In this document: positions 37,645-46,606 of the stretch, piece after piece
Layout: each line of letters starts with the position of its first letter
Position numbering within the stretch: position 1 is the stretch's first letter
DNA from: Bacteroidales bacterium
Lineage (GTDB): Bacteria > Bacteroidota > Bacteroidia > Bacteroidales > VadinHA17
Reading direction: 5' to 3'
Length of the DNA: 64,000 nucleotides
Assembly: GCA_034002885.1 (NCBI GenBank)
Contig: JAVEZS010000004.1
Location: 48,135-112,134, forward strand
Notes under the pieces: generated by a model
What the model saw: the letters and a program-made list of their open reading frames with translations, nothing else
What the model was told of the DNA's origin: nothing
Databases searched by the model: none
Position numbers and translations under genes: made by a program

Positions 37645-38436
37645 TTATTTTTCATTTAAACTACCTGAACGGTAACCTTCCAGATCCAGAGACACATATC
37701 TGAATCCTGTCTTTTTAAGGAAACTGTAAATCTCTTTTCTTTCTTCTGACTGAATAATTTTTTCGAAGTAAACTGGCAGGCATTCTATCCTGGCAATGTC
37801 GCCATGCAATCTTACCCTTGTTCCCGGATAACCTCTTTCAAAAAGATACTTCTCTGCCTTTTCAACCATGCAAAGCATACTCTCCTGAACCTTTGTGTCG
37901 TACGGGATTCTTGTAAGAAGACAGGACATCGCCGGTTTATCCCAGATCGAAAGTCCGTTCTGCCTTAGTATCTCCCTTATTTCCTTTTTTGTCAGACCGG
38001 CTTCCTGAAGCGGGCTCCTTATCCCAAGTTCGCGTAATGCCTTTATTCCTGGACGGTATTCACCAGTGTCGTCAGCGTTTGTTCCTTCAATCACGTGAAG
38101 ATACCCATTCTCTGCAGCATAGCGCTTTACTTCGGTAAAAAGGGTCTTCTTGCATATATAGCACCTTGATTCCGTATTATATCTTAATGAATCAGGGAAG
38201 TCAAGGTCAATAATACGATGCTTTATTCCGTACGCCTCTGCAAAAGCGGATGCTTCTTCTATTTCTGATGAAGGAATATACGGAGTCCGGATTGTTATAC
38301 CTGTGATATCGACTTTTTTCAGCCCGTGAGCCCTGTAAAGAAGAAATGAACTGTCGACGCCTCCGGAGAAGGCAACCACGAATGAACGAAGTTCGGTTAA
38401 AATACTGTCAAGTATGTCACTTTTTGTTTCAGCCAT
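37645..38436 (-). CDS. larE: LarE, ATP-dependent sulfur transferase of NPN biosynthesis (PP-loop)
   Basis: PP-loop AFSGGVDSS. Start set to the first ATG (38436), 2 nt after the larC stop; the ORF-track start is a TTG at 38457. Contains CYIC plus a downstream SC(L) cysteine. Confidence 0.85.
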   Translation of the reverse strand: MAETKSDILDSILTELRSFVVAFSGGVDSSFLLYRAHGLKKVDITGITIRTPYIPSSEIEEASAFAEAYGIKHRIIDLDFPDSLRYNTESRCYICKKTLFTEVKRYAAENGYLHVIEGTNADDTGEYRPGIKALRELGIRSPLQEAGLTKKEIREILRQNGLSIWDKPAMSCLLTRIPYDTKVQESMLCMVEKAEKYLFERGYPGTRVRLHGDIARIECLPVYFEKIIQSEERKEIYSFLKKTGFRYVSLDLEGYRSGSLNEK

Positions 38437-39616
38437 TTTTATTTTCCATTTTCGCAAGAAGCGATGTGACGAGTCCGTATATTTCCCTGACCGGCAAACC
38501 TTTCTCTGATGCTATTCGCCTGCAATCTTCATATTCGGGTTTGACTGAAACCTCACGTCCGTTAAAAAACGAGTGCTTAACCCTTACAGTACCGTATACC
38601 GTGTCGATCGTACTGAACTCCCGTTCAAGGGTGTCCTTTATAAATTCAAAGCTTCTTATTCCCAGTGTAGTTGATTCGGTAAACAGGATCTTTTTAAGCC
38701 TATCTTCTTTGCCTGGCTCACAGATGACGCTGAGAACCACTCCAGGTCTGCCTTTTTTCATAATGACCTGGGAGAGATATACATCTGAAGCGCCCTCGTT
38801 AAAAAGACGTTCGCTGATATGATCGTAAAACTCCGGGTTCATGTCATCAATGTTCGATTCAATAAGAAGAGCCTTGTGTCCGGTTTTTGCTTTCTCACCA
38901 GTCTCTCCCAGTGCAACCCTTAGAATGTTGGGCACATCGCGATTTTCCCTCTGGCCTATCCCATAGCCGGTCCTGCCAATCCTGACAGCACGCGGGGTTT
39001 CTGTTTCTGTTGCCAGCGTCGACAGGATTGCGGCACCTGTAGGTGTGGTCGCCTCAAATCCGACACCTCCTGTTCGCACACGCATACCTTTTACAATTTC
39101 GATAGTTGCAGGAGCCGGAACGGGAAGTCTCCCATGGTCGCAATCAACAAATCCGCTTCCGAGCTCCACTTCCGAGACAAAAACCTCATCAACCCCAAGA
39201 GCTTCATAACATATTGCGGCACCGGCAATGTCGATTATCGAATCAATAGCTCCAACCTCATGAAAATGAACCTTGTCGACAGATGTCCCGTGAACTTTCG
39301 CTTCGGCCTCTGCTATTTTCATGAATATCTTCATGCTGAGGTTCTTTACAGATTCCTTGAGCGATGACTTCCTTATTATCTCCTCTATATCGGAAAGATG
39401 CCTGTGATGATGTGAATGAACGGTCTGTTTCACTGTAACTTTTGTCCCTGTAATACCATGCCTCTGATCCTTTTCAACCGACAAATCCCAGCCCTCGAGA
39501 TTTAACTTTTCAAGTTCTGTTCTCAGGTAGGAAGCATCTATGCCCAGATCGATCATTGCTCCCAGATTCATGTCTCCGCTAATTCCAGAAAAACAATCGT
39601 AATAAAGTACTTTCAT
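38429..39616 (-). CDS. larC: LarC, nickel insertion (cyclometallase) protein, DUF111 family
   Basis: MKVLYYDCFSGISGDMNLGAMIDLG N-terminus and a His-rich HSHHHRH patch. It is a single unsplit polypeptide. Start trimmed to ATG 39616. Confidence 0.9.
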   Translation of the reverse strand: MKVLYYDCFSGISGDMNLGAMIDLGIDASYLRTELEKLNLEGWDLSVEKDQRHGITGTKVTVKQTVHSHHHRHLSDIEEIIRKSSLKESVKNLSMKIFMKIAEAEAKVHGTSVDKVHFHEVGAIDSIIDIAGAAICYEALGVDEVFVSEVELGSGFVDCDHGRLPVPAPATIEIVKGMRVRTGGVGFEATTPTGAAILSTLATETETPRAVRIGRTGYGIGQRENRDVPNILRVALGETGEKAKTGHKALLIESNIDDMNPEFYDHISERLFNEGASDVYLSQVIMKKGRPGVVLSVICEPGKEDRLKKILFTESTTLGIRSFEFIKDTLEREFSTIDTVYGTVRVKHSFFNGREVSVKPEYEDCRRIASEKGLPVREIYGLVTSLLAKMENKNG

Positions 39617-39740
39617 ATTCTGATGGTTTGAAATTATAAACAATAAATGCAGAACTAAGTTTAAAAACAGTCATTCTTATAAATCACCTGCTAAGATACA
39701 ATATACATTCATTGTGGTATAATTAAAAAAAAGTAGTATT

Positions 39741-39760
39741 TTTCGGTACTTTTCGGTAAA
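39741..39760 (+). repeat. Tandem 10-bp direct repeat TTTCGGTAct/TTTCGGTAaa upstream of the DUF362 gene
   Basis: Two helically phased copies of TTTCGGTA end 30 nt before ATG 39790. Each is preceded by TA, giving TAttTTTC and TActTTTC, which are near-matches to the TAnnTTTG -7 box. Confidence 0.6.
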
Positions 39761-39789
39761 GGTTTACTGAAAAACATACTCATCAGACG

Positions 39790-40710
39790 ATGAAAAGGAG
39801 AGATTTTTTCAAATCTTCAATTGGAGCGGGAATTGGTGCAGGAGCTGCTCTTAGTCTCGGAGGCTACAGTAATCTATGGGCTTCCGCACCGGGAAATGCG
39901 AAATACGACATGGTTGCAGTGATGGGAGGCAATCCTGATGCGATGTTTGACCTCGGAATTCAGGAACTTGGAGGAATGGGCGCTTTCGTCAACAAAGGCC
40001 AAAAGGTTCTGGTAAAGCCAAATATTGGCTGGGACGTGGTTCCTGAGCTCGCAGCAAATACAAATCCTCTTCTGGTAAAAAGAATTATAGAACATTGTTT
40101 CAGGGCCGGAGCAAAAGAAGTGTATGTCTTCGACCATACCTGCGACAACTGGATTAATTCATACAAGAACTCCGGAATAGAAAGAGCTGCAAAATCCGCG
40201 GGGGCAAAGGTCGTTCCTGCAAACACCGAAAATTATTATCAGGAAGTTGCAATTCCGGGAGGGGTAAAACTGAAAAAGGCAAAAGTCCACGAAATACTTC
40301 TTGAAGCAGATGTTTTTATTAATGTCCCAATTCTTAAAGATCATAATTCCACCAGAATGACCGCCTGCCTTAAGAACACCATGGGAGTAGTGTGGGACAG
40401 GGGATTCTGGCACTCAAATGACCTGCATCAGTGCATTGCCGATTATGCCCTCTTCGAGAGGAAACCTGAACTGAATATAGTTGATTGCTATAATGTCATG
40501 GTCAAACATGGTCCTCAGGGGGTCTCAAAGGAAGACGTGGTTCAGATGAAATCTCAGATACTGACTTCCGACTGGGTTGCCGGAGATACAGCTGCTGCAA
40601 AAATGCTGGGCGTTGATCCGCAAAGAATAGATTATCTGCCAATTGCAAGTAAGATGGGCCTGGGGAATATGAATCTTGACGCCCTGAATATTAAGAGGAT
40701 TAAAATGTAG
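39790..40710 (+). CDS. Tat-exported DUF362-family protein
   Basis: Twin-arginine signal MKRRDFFKSS...GGYSNLWA/SAP. The body carries VLVKPNIGW and ILKDHNSTRMTACLKNTMG motifs that I recognise as DUF362-like. Confidence 0.8.
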   Translation: MKRRDFFKSSIGAGIGAGAALSLGGYSNLWASAPGNAKYDMVAVMGGNPDAMFDLGIQELGGMGAFVNKGQKVLVKPNIGWDVVPELAANTNPLLVKRIIEHCFRAGAKEVYVFDHTCDNWINSYKNSGIERAAKSAGAKVVPANTENYYQEVAIPGGVKLKKAKVHEILLEADVFINVPILKDHNSTRMTACLKNTMGVVWDRGFWHSNDLHQCIADYALFERKPELNIVDCYNVMVKHGPQGVSKEDVVQMKSQILTSDWVAGDTAAAKMLGVDPQRIDYLPIASKMGLGNMNLDALNIKRIKM

Positions 40711-40716
40711 ACCATA

Positions 40717-42276
40717 ATGAGCTCTTCTTTTCTGCGAAAATTCAGGGTTGTCTTTTCGGCACTTGTATTTGTGTCTTTTTCCTTTGTCTTTATCGATTTT
40801 AAATCGCTCATTCCTGAAAAATATATCACTTACCTTATTTTTCTGCAGTTTATACCTTCTGCAATAAGTTATGTGAGTACCTTGTCGCTGGCAGCGACCG
40901 GTTTTATTATTGTTATTTTTTTAACACTGATTACAGGAAGAACATACTGTTCCTTCCTGTGTCCCCTGGGAATAGGGCAGGACATAAACAGCCGGATAGG
41001 GGGTAAGCTGAGAAAAAAGTTCAGGAGATTCGGCTTCAGAAAACCCCACACAATATTACGATATTCATTGCTGGTGCTTACACTGGGATCGGCTGTCTTC
41101 TATGGCATGTACATGGTGACATTACTGGATCCGTACAGCATCTTTGGCCGTTTTATGACATTTTTTGCCAAACCGGTTGTACTTGTCATAAATAATCTGT
41201 TTTCAGGTGTACTGGGGAAGTTTGATGTTTATGCATTGCATCATGTCGAAATAAAGGGATTTGACCTGATTACTTACGCATTGCCTCTGATTTTTGCCCT
41301 TCTCGTCGGATTGCTTTCATTTACAAAAGGCCGGCTCTATTGTAATATGATATGTCCTGTAGGAACCTTTCTGGGGCTGATTTCAAAGGTATCGCTGTTT
41401 CGAATAAGGATTGATGAAGGAAAATGCACGCGCTGCGGAAGATGCGCGCTGGCTTGCAAATCATCATGCATTGACTTTCTGGGTCAGGATATCGATCTCA
41501 GCAGATGTGTAGACTGTTTCAACTGCATACCTTCATGCCCCGAAAATGCAATAACATACTCTTTTGTCGGATCGTCCGGACGAGAAAAGGAAGCGGATAA
41601 GAGCAAGAGAAAATTCATTGCCGGCTCGCTTCTCTTTCTTGCCGGAGTTTCGCAATCTGCAAATTCGCAGGAGAAGAATGTGCCTGTTCCGAAGAAAGCC
41701 TCAACTGTAAGAGAGCCGCGAACATATCATGTCTGCCCGCCAGGAGCAGTATCGATAAGTGATTTCATGAAGAATTGTACCGCCTGTTCGCTCTGCATAA
41801 CCGCGTGCCCGAACCAGGTGATCAAACCGGCTGTTAAACAATATGGGATTGCCGGATTTATGATGCCTGTAATGGATTACCACCTTAGCTTCTGTACCTT
41901 CAACTGTACAGTGTGCACTGAAGTATGTCCCACGAATGCCCTTAAACCGCTGGTTCTTGAAGCTAAAAAGCTGACGCAGATCGGAAAAGTCAATTTCATC
42001 AAGGATAATTGCATTGTAAAAACGGAGAAAACAGCATGCGGAGCCTGCTCTGAAGCATGCCCCACAAAGGCAGTATTTATGATCCCCTACGAAGGTAACC
42101 TTCTGATTCCCGAAACGAATCAGGAAATCTGCATAGGATGCGGACATTGTGAATATGCATGCCCTGTGACCCCCTACAAAGCAATTTTTGTGGATGGAAA
42201 TCCCGTGCACCAGGCAGCTAAAAAACCGGAAGTCAAAGAACCGGAAGTTACGACGCCTGTCGACTTTCCTTTTTGA
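40717..42276 (+). CDS. Integral-membrane polyferredoxin (NapH/NosR-like 4Fe-4S binding protein)
   Basis: Multiple N-terminal TM helices with CSFLCPLG and CNMICPVG motifs. Six ferredoxin-type CxxCxxCxxxC(P) motifs: CTRCGRCALAC, CVDCFNCIPSCP, CTACSLCITACP, CTVCTEVCP, CGACSEACP, CIGCGHCEYACP. Confidence 0.85.
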   Translation: MSSSFLRKFRVVFSALVFVSFSFVFIDFKSLIPEKYITYLIFLQFIPSAISYVSTLSLAATGFIIVIFLTLITGRTYCSFLCPLGIGQDINSRIGGKLRKKFRRFGFRKPHTILRYSLLVLTLGSAVFYGMYMVTLLDPYSIFGRFMTFFAKPVVLVINNLFSGVLGKFDVYALHHVEIKGFDLITYALPLIFALLVGLLSFTKGRLYCNMICPVGTFLGLISKVSLFRIRIDEGKCTRCGRCALACKSSCIDFLGQDIDLSRCVDCFNCIPSCPENAITYSFVGSSGREKEADKSKRKFIAGSLLFLAGVSQSANSQEKNVPVPKKASTVREPRTYHVCPPGAVSISDFMKNCTACSLCITACPNQVIKPAVKQYGIAGFMMPVMDYHLSFCTFNCTVCTEVCPTNALKPLVLEAKKLTQIGKVNFIKDNCIVKTEKTACGACSEACPTKAVFMIPYEGNLLIPETNQEICIGCGHCEYACPVTPYKAIFVDGNPVHQAAKKPEVKEPEVTTPVDFPF

Positions 42277-42340
42277 AAAACTAATTAATCAAAAAAAAGC
42301 GAAACATGATTTTTATCTGTATAAGGTAATTATTAGCAGT

Positions 42341-42348
42341 TAATTTTG
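42341..42348 (+). promoter_or_regulatory. Candidate -7 promoter box (TAATTTTG) for the mce-mmd operon
   Basis: Exact TAnnTTTG match 30 nt upstream of ATG 42378. Only a degenerate -33 (TCTG) lies 21 nt upstream. Confidence 0.35.
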
Positions 42349-42377
42349 TTAAAATTTCTTTCATTTCTAAAATCATT

Positions 42378-42791
42378 ATGATGAAACCATCACATATTGA
42401 ACATATTGGAATAGCAGTCGGGAACCTTGAAGAATCCATAGCCTTTTATGAAAAGGTTTTCGGACTGAAATGCTACAATATCGAAGAAGTGACTGACCAG
42501 AAAGTAAGAACAGCATTTTTTATGGTCGGACAGACAAAGATTGAACTACTCGAACCCATTGACCAGGAAAGCCCTATTGCCAGATTTATTGAAAAACGGG
42601 GTGAGGGGATTCACCATATAGCTTTTGCAGTAAGTGATGTGACTGAACATCTGAAACATGCCGGAAAAGAAGGTGTAAAACTTATTGACGCCGAACCACG
42701 AAAAGGTGCGGAAGGTCTTAACATTGCCTTTCTGCATCCCAGGTCAACAGGCGGGGTGCTTATTGAATTATGCGGGAATCCTCAAAAATAA
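42378..42791 (+). CDS. mce: Methylmalonyl-CoA epimerase (VOC/glyoxalase fold)
   Basis: IEHIGIAV...IELLEP...GEGIHHIAFAV...GVLIEL pattern of methylmalonyl-CoA epimerases. Lies directly upstream of the mmd genes. Confidence 0.85.
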   Translation: MMKPSHIEHIGIAVGNLEESIAFYEKVFGLKCYNIEEVTDQKVRTAFFMVGQTKIELLEPIDQESPIARFIEKRGEGIHHIAFAVSDVTEHLKHAGKEGVKLIDAEPRKGAEGLNIAFLHPRSTGGVLIELCGNPQK

Positions 42792-42809
42792 AGCAATAAT
42801 CCATTTTAC

Positions 42810-44369
42810 ATGAACAACCAGGAAAAAGTAAAGGAACTCATTGACCTTCGCGACAAAGCCCGCCAGGGAGGAGGAGAAAAACGAATTGAAGATCAGCATG
42901 CCAAAGGTAAGCTTACTGCAAGGGAAAGACTTAATATACTGCTTGATGAAGGAAGCTTCGAAGAGTACGATATGTTCGTTACCCACAGGACCGAAGATTT
43001 CGGCCTCGGGAATAAAAAGTTCCTTTCCGATGGTGTTGTTACGGGACATGGGACAATAGACGGAAGGGTTGTCTATGTTTTTTCCCAGGATTTTACTGTT
43101 TTCGGAGGATCTCTTTCTGAGACCTTCGCCCAGAAGATTTGTAAAATAATGGACCAGGCAATGAAGACGGGAGCGCCGATAATCGGTATAAACGACAGCG
43201 GTGGAGCCCGAATTCAGGAAGGGGTGAGAAGCCTTGCAGGTTATGCAGAGATTTTCGAACGAAACATTCTTTCGTCAGGAGTGATACCACAGATCTCTGC
43301 GATTTTCGGACCATGCGCCGGCGGAGCTGTATATTCTCCGGCCCTTACCGACTTCATTATTATGAGTGAGAAAAGCAGCTATATGTTCGTAACCGGCCCG
43401 AAAGTGACCAAGTCAGTTACGGGGGAAGATATTTCTACCGAGAATCTGGGAGGGGCTCAGATCCACGGAGTTAAATCGGGGGTTGCTCATTTTGTTGTAG
43501 ACGAGGAAACCGAGGGGCTGCTCCTGATACGAAAACTGTTAAGCTATCTTCCTCAGAATAATCTTGAGGATCCGCCAATGACTGAATGCACCGATCCCAT
43601 CGAAAGACTGGAGGATGACCTGAATTCCATTATTCCTGAAAATCCCAATCAGCCTTACGACATAAAGGATGTTGTCTATAAGATAGTCGATCATAGTGAA
43701 TTTCTGGAGGTTCACGCCGGTTATGCCCGTAATATAGTTGTGGGATTCGCCAAAATGGGAGGCATGCCTGTGGGAATAGTTGCCAACCAGCCTAGTTTTC
43801 TTGCCGGGGTCCTTGATATAGAAGCATCGCGTAAAGCAGCACGTTTTGTCAGATTCTGCGACGCTTTCAATATACCGATTGTAACCCTTGTGGATGTCCC
43901 GGGCTTTCTTCCCGGAAGCGGACAGGAATATGGAGGAATAATAATTCATGGTGCCAAACTGATGTTCGCCTATGGCGAGGCAACAGTACCAAAAATAACA
44001 GTTACTCTGAGAAAATCCTATGGAGGAGCTCACTGTGTAATGTCATCAAAACAACTGAGGGGAGATATTAATTACGCCTGGCCTTCGGCAGAGATCGCCG
44101 TTATGGGTCCTTCAGGAGCAATTGAGATACTTGAAGGAAGAAATATCAGCGAAATAAGCGATCCCGAAAAGAAGGCAAGGTATGTTGCGGAAAAGGAAGC
44201 TGAATACAGAACTAAGTTCGCAAATCCATACGAAGCTGCAAGGTATGGATATATTGACGATGTAATCGAGCCACGCAATACTCGTTTCAGGATTATCAGG
44301 GCTTTGAGGACATTTGCTACAAAAAAGGATCCCGGACCTATGAAAAAACATGCAAATATACCTCTATAG
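42810..44369 (+). CDS. mmdA: Methylmalonyl-CoA decarboxylase alpha subunit (carboxyltransferase; PccB family)
   Basis: 519 aa. [20 protein letters not shown] and [12 protein letters not shown] are acyl-CoA carboxyltransferase signatures. Confidence 0.88.
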   Translation: MNNQEKVKELIDLRDKARQGGGEKRIEDQHAKGKLTARERLNILLDEGSFEEYDMFVTHRTEDFGLGNKKFLSDGVVTGHGTIDGRVVYVFSQDFTVFGGSLSETFAQKICKIMDQAMKTGAPIIGINDSGGARIQEGVRSLAGYAEIFERNILSSGVIPQISAIFGPCAGGAVYSPALTDFIIMSEKSSYMFVTGPKVTKSVTGEDISTENLGGAQIHGVKSGVAHFVVDEETEGLLLIRKLLSYLPQNNLEDPPMTECTDPIERLEDDLNSIIPENPNQPYDIKDVVYKIVDHSEFLEVHAGYARNIVVGFAKMGGMPVGIVANQPSFLAGVLDIEASRKAARFVRFCDAFNIPIVTLVDVPGFLPGSGQEYGGIIIHGAKLMFAYGEATVPKITVTLRKSYGGAHCVMSSKQLRGDINYAWPSAEIAVMGPSGAIEILEGRNISEISDPEKKARYVAEKEAEYRTKFANPYEAARYGYIDDVIEPRNTRFRIIRALRTFATKKDPGPMKKHANIPL

Positions 44370-44372
44370 CAA

Positions 44373-44744
44373 ATGGTTCATTATTATCTTTTTTCAGCGA
44401 TTGTTGATCTCTCGGCTATAGACAATACGGCTGCCACGATCGTTTTTACAGGGATCTCCATCGTGTTCCTTTCCCTGGCCCTCATCTATCTTCTGTTTCG
44501 TTACCTGCTACCCTTGATACTGAGATCGATTACAACACGTAAGCTGAAAAAAGAGGGCATCCGGGAGATACCACCCGGGATGAAAGAAATTCCGGGAGAC
44601 GTTACGGCAGCCATAGCCATGGCGATTATTCTGAACAGCGAGGAGATGCACGACGAGGAAAGCAGAATAATTACAATAACCCGTGTTTCGCGAATTTACT
44701 CTCCCTGGAGCTCAAAGTTATACAGTATGAGAAACTTAAGATAG
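44373..44744 (+). CDS. OadG-family small membrane subunit of the Na+-translocating decarboxylase
   Basis: 123 aa with a single N-terminal TM helix (IVFTGISIVFLSLALIYLLF). Position between the alpha and biotin-carrier subunits. Confidence 0.65.
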   Translation: MVHYYLFSAIVDLSAIDNTAATIVFTGISIVFLSLALIYLLFRYLLPLILRSITTRKLKKEGIREIPPGMKEIPGDVTAAIAMAIILNSEEMHDEESRIITITRVSRIYSPWSSKLYSMRNLR

Positions 44745-44748
44745 TGTC

Positions 44749-45168
44749 ATGAAGAATTATAAATTCATTATAAACGGGAACCAGTATGAGGTTGAAATAC
44801 AATCCCTGGAAAGTGATCATGCCAGGATTGAAGTAAACGGAACCACATATTCGGTGGATATTCTCAGGGAGAAACGACAGGTAAAAACCCCGGTTATCGT
44901 GAGGTCCCCCGTGAAGGAGCCTCCAAAACGAATTGAAAAGAAAGAAGGAGGACCAAGAACGGCTGTAAGAACACCTCTTCCAGGAATAATACTGAATATC
45001 TATGTAAAAGCAGGTGATACTGTCACAAAAAACCAGAAGCTTTTCAGCCTTGAGGCTATGAAAATGGAAAATGAAATCAAAGCTGAACAGGACGGGACGA
45101 TTGTTGCAGTGAAAGCTGAAATAGGCCAGTCGGTGCTTCAGGAGGAAGTAATTATGGAGATGGACTGA
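44749..45168 (+). CDS. mmdC: Biotin carboxyl carrier subunit of methylmalonyl-CoA decarboxylase
   Basis: C-terminal biotinyl domain with the EAMKMENEI biotinylation motif. Confidence 0.88.
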   Translation: MKNYKFIINGNQYEVEIQSLESDHARIEVNGTTYSVDILREKRQVKTPVIVRSPVKEPPKRIEKKEGGPRTAVRTPLPGIILNIYVKAGDTVTKNQKLFSLEAMKMENEIKAEQDGTIVAVKAEIGQSVLQEEVIMEMD

Positions 45169-45170
45169 TC

Positions 45171-46523
45171 ATGGAGAAGAAAAGACTTATAGTTGTTTTT
45201 TGCGCAGTGGCCATTCTATCGGTTGCCTGGTCTGTGTTCATTAAACCCGAAAAAGAAAGACAAGCAGAATATGCATCATGGCATGCTTCGGCTGACGGTA
45301 TTAATAATTTCAGAGGAAGTATTGAAGAGGACGAACCGGAATCGCTGAGCGGATTAAGACAGTTCTGGAATTATACGGGGTTCAGGAATGCCACAAGCGG
45401 CCATCTGATAATGATCGTCATAGGTCTGTTTTTTATCTATCTGGCGATAAGATACGATTATGAGCCTTTACTACTTGTTCCTATTGGCGCAGGAATACTT
45501 ATTGGCAATATTCCTTTCTTTCAGGACGGGGGATTGAACCTGCAGGTCGGTATTTATCAGGAAGGCAGTGTGTTGAATTACCTTTACTTCGGGGTGGTAA
45601 AGGGTATTTACCCTCCCCTTATTTTTCTGGGGCTGGGTGCCATGACCGATTTCTCCTCACTTATTTCAAGCCCGCGGCTAATGTTGCTGGGTGCAGCTGC
45701 ACAGATAGGGATCTTCATTACTTTTATTGGCGCACTCGCCCTTGGTTTCTATCCACAGGAAGCTGGTGCAATAGGAATAATCGGAGGAGCCGACGGTCCC
45801 ACAGCCATATTTCTTTCATCAAGGCTTGCAAATGGAATAAACATTCTGCCGGACGGAACGACCGTAAAAAATCTAATAGGACCCATCGCAATTGCAGCTT
45901 ATTCCTACATGGCCCTAGTTCCGGTCATACAGCCGCCTGTTATGAGACTGCTCACAACAAGGAAAGAGAGACGCATCAGGATGAAACCGCCCAGAGCCGT
46001 ATCAAAAATCGAAAAGATAGTCTTTCCCATAGTAGGGCTTCTTGTTACACTTTTTATTGCACCCAGTGCCCTTCCTCTTCTTGGTATGCTGTTTTTTGGC
46101 AACCTTCTTCGTGAATCCGGTGTTACAAAACGACTTGCTGACACTGCAAGGAATGCCCTTATTGATATTGTTACAATCCTCATAGGATTAACAGTTGGGG
46201 CTTCTACTCAGGCTGATGTTTTTCTTACCCGAAGTTCCATAATGATCTTTGCCCTCGGAGCATTCTCATTTGTTATCGCGACGGCAGGAGGTGTCCTCTT
46301 TGCTAAATTCATGAATCTGTTTCTCAGGGAAGAGAACAAGGTTAACCCCCTGGTCGGGGCAGCAGGGGTTTCAGCGGTTCCCGACAGCGCAAGGGTTGTA
46401 CATGTGGAAGGACTAAAGGCCGATCCCTCAAATTATCTGCTTATGCACGCAATGACCCCGAACGTATCCGGTGTGATCGGTTCCGCTGTTGCAGCAGGTA
46501 TACTGCTTGGTTTCCTGGGTTAA
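45171..46523 (+). CDS. mmdB: Na+-translocating decarboxylase beta subunit (OadB/MmdB family)
   Basis: Polytopic membrane protein; EPLLLVPIGAGILIGNIP and GAADGPTAIF-like motifs. Carries an N-terminal extension of about 60 aa with an extra TM segment. Confidence 0.88.
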   Translation: MEKKRLIVVFCAVAILSVAWSVFIKPEKERQAEYASWHASADGINNFRGSIEEDEPESLSGLRQFWNYTGFRNATSGHLIMIVIGLFFIYLAIRYDYEPLLLVPIGAGILIGNIPFFQDGGLNLQVGIYQEGSVLNYLYFGVVKGIYPPLIFLGLGAMTDFSSLISSPRLMLLGAAAQIGIFITFIGALALGFYPQEAGAIGIIGGADGPTAIFLSSRLANGINILPDGTTVKNLIGPIAIAAYSYMALVPVIQPPVMRLLTTRKERRIRMKPPRAVSKIEKIVFPIVGLLVTLFIAPSALPLLGMLFFGNLLRESGVTKRLADTARNALIDIVTILIGLTVGASTQADVFLTRSSIMIFALGAFSFVIATAGGVLFAKFMNLFLREENKVNPLVGAAGVSAVPDSARVVHVEGLKADPSNYLLMHAMTPNVSGVIGSAVAAGILLGFLG

Positions 46524-46551
46524 GCCGGATAATTCACATTGCTAAGTATTT

Positions 46552-46582
46552 TTTGACTTATTATTAATTACTTTTAGTTTTG
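46552..46582 (+). promoter_or_regulatory. Candidate internal promoter (TTTG-N19-TAGTTTTG) in front of the citrate lyase genes
   Basis: -33 TTTG at 46552-46555 and -7 TAGTTTTG at 46575-46582 with an exact 19-nt spacer. Lies 25 nt upstream of ATG 46607. Confidence 0.45.
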
Positions 46583-46606
46583 TGTTTTTTAACCAACTTT
46601 GTGAAA

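Noticed and set aside
39617-39789. Possible nickel/cobalt-responsive riboswitch in the leader of the lar operon
   Set aside because: The spacer is very AT-rich, with no extended GC-paired helices of the kind such riboswitches form. A protein-binding site (the tandem decamer) seems more plausible.
41701-44033. 169-aa and 164-aa minus-strand ORFs inside the polyferredoxin and mmdA genes
   Set aside because: Both are antisense shadow ORFs within genes that have strong family signatures. Neither has supporting motifs or a plausible start context.
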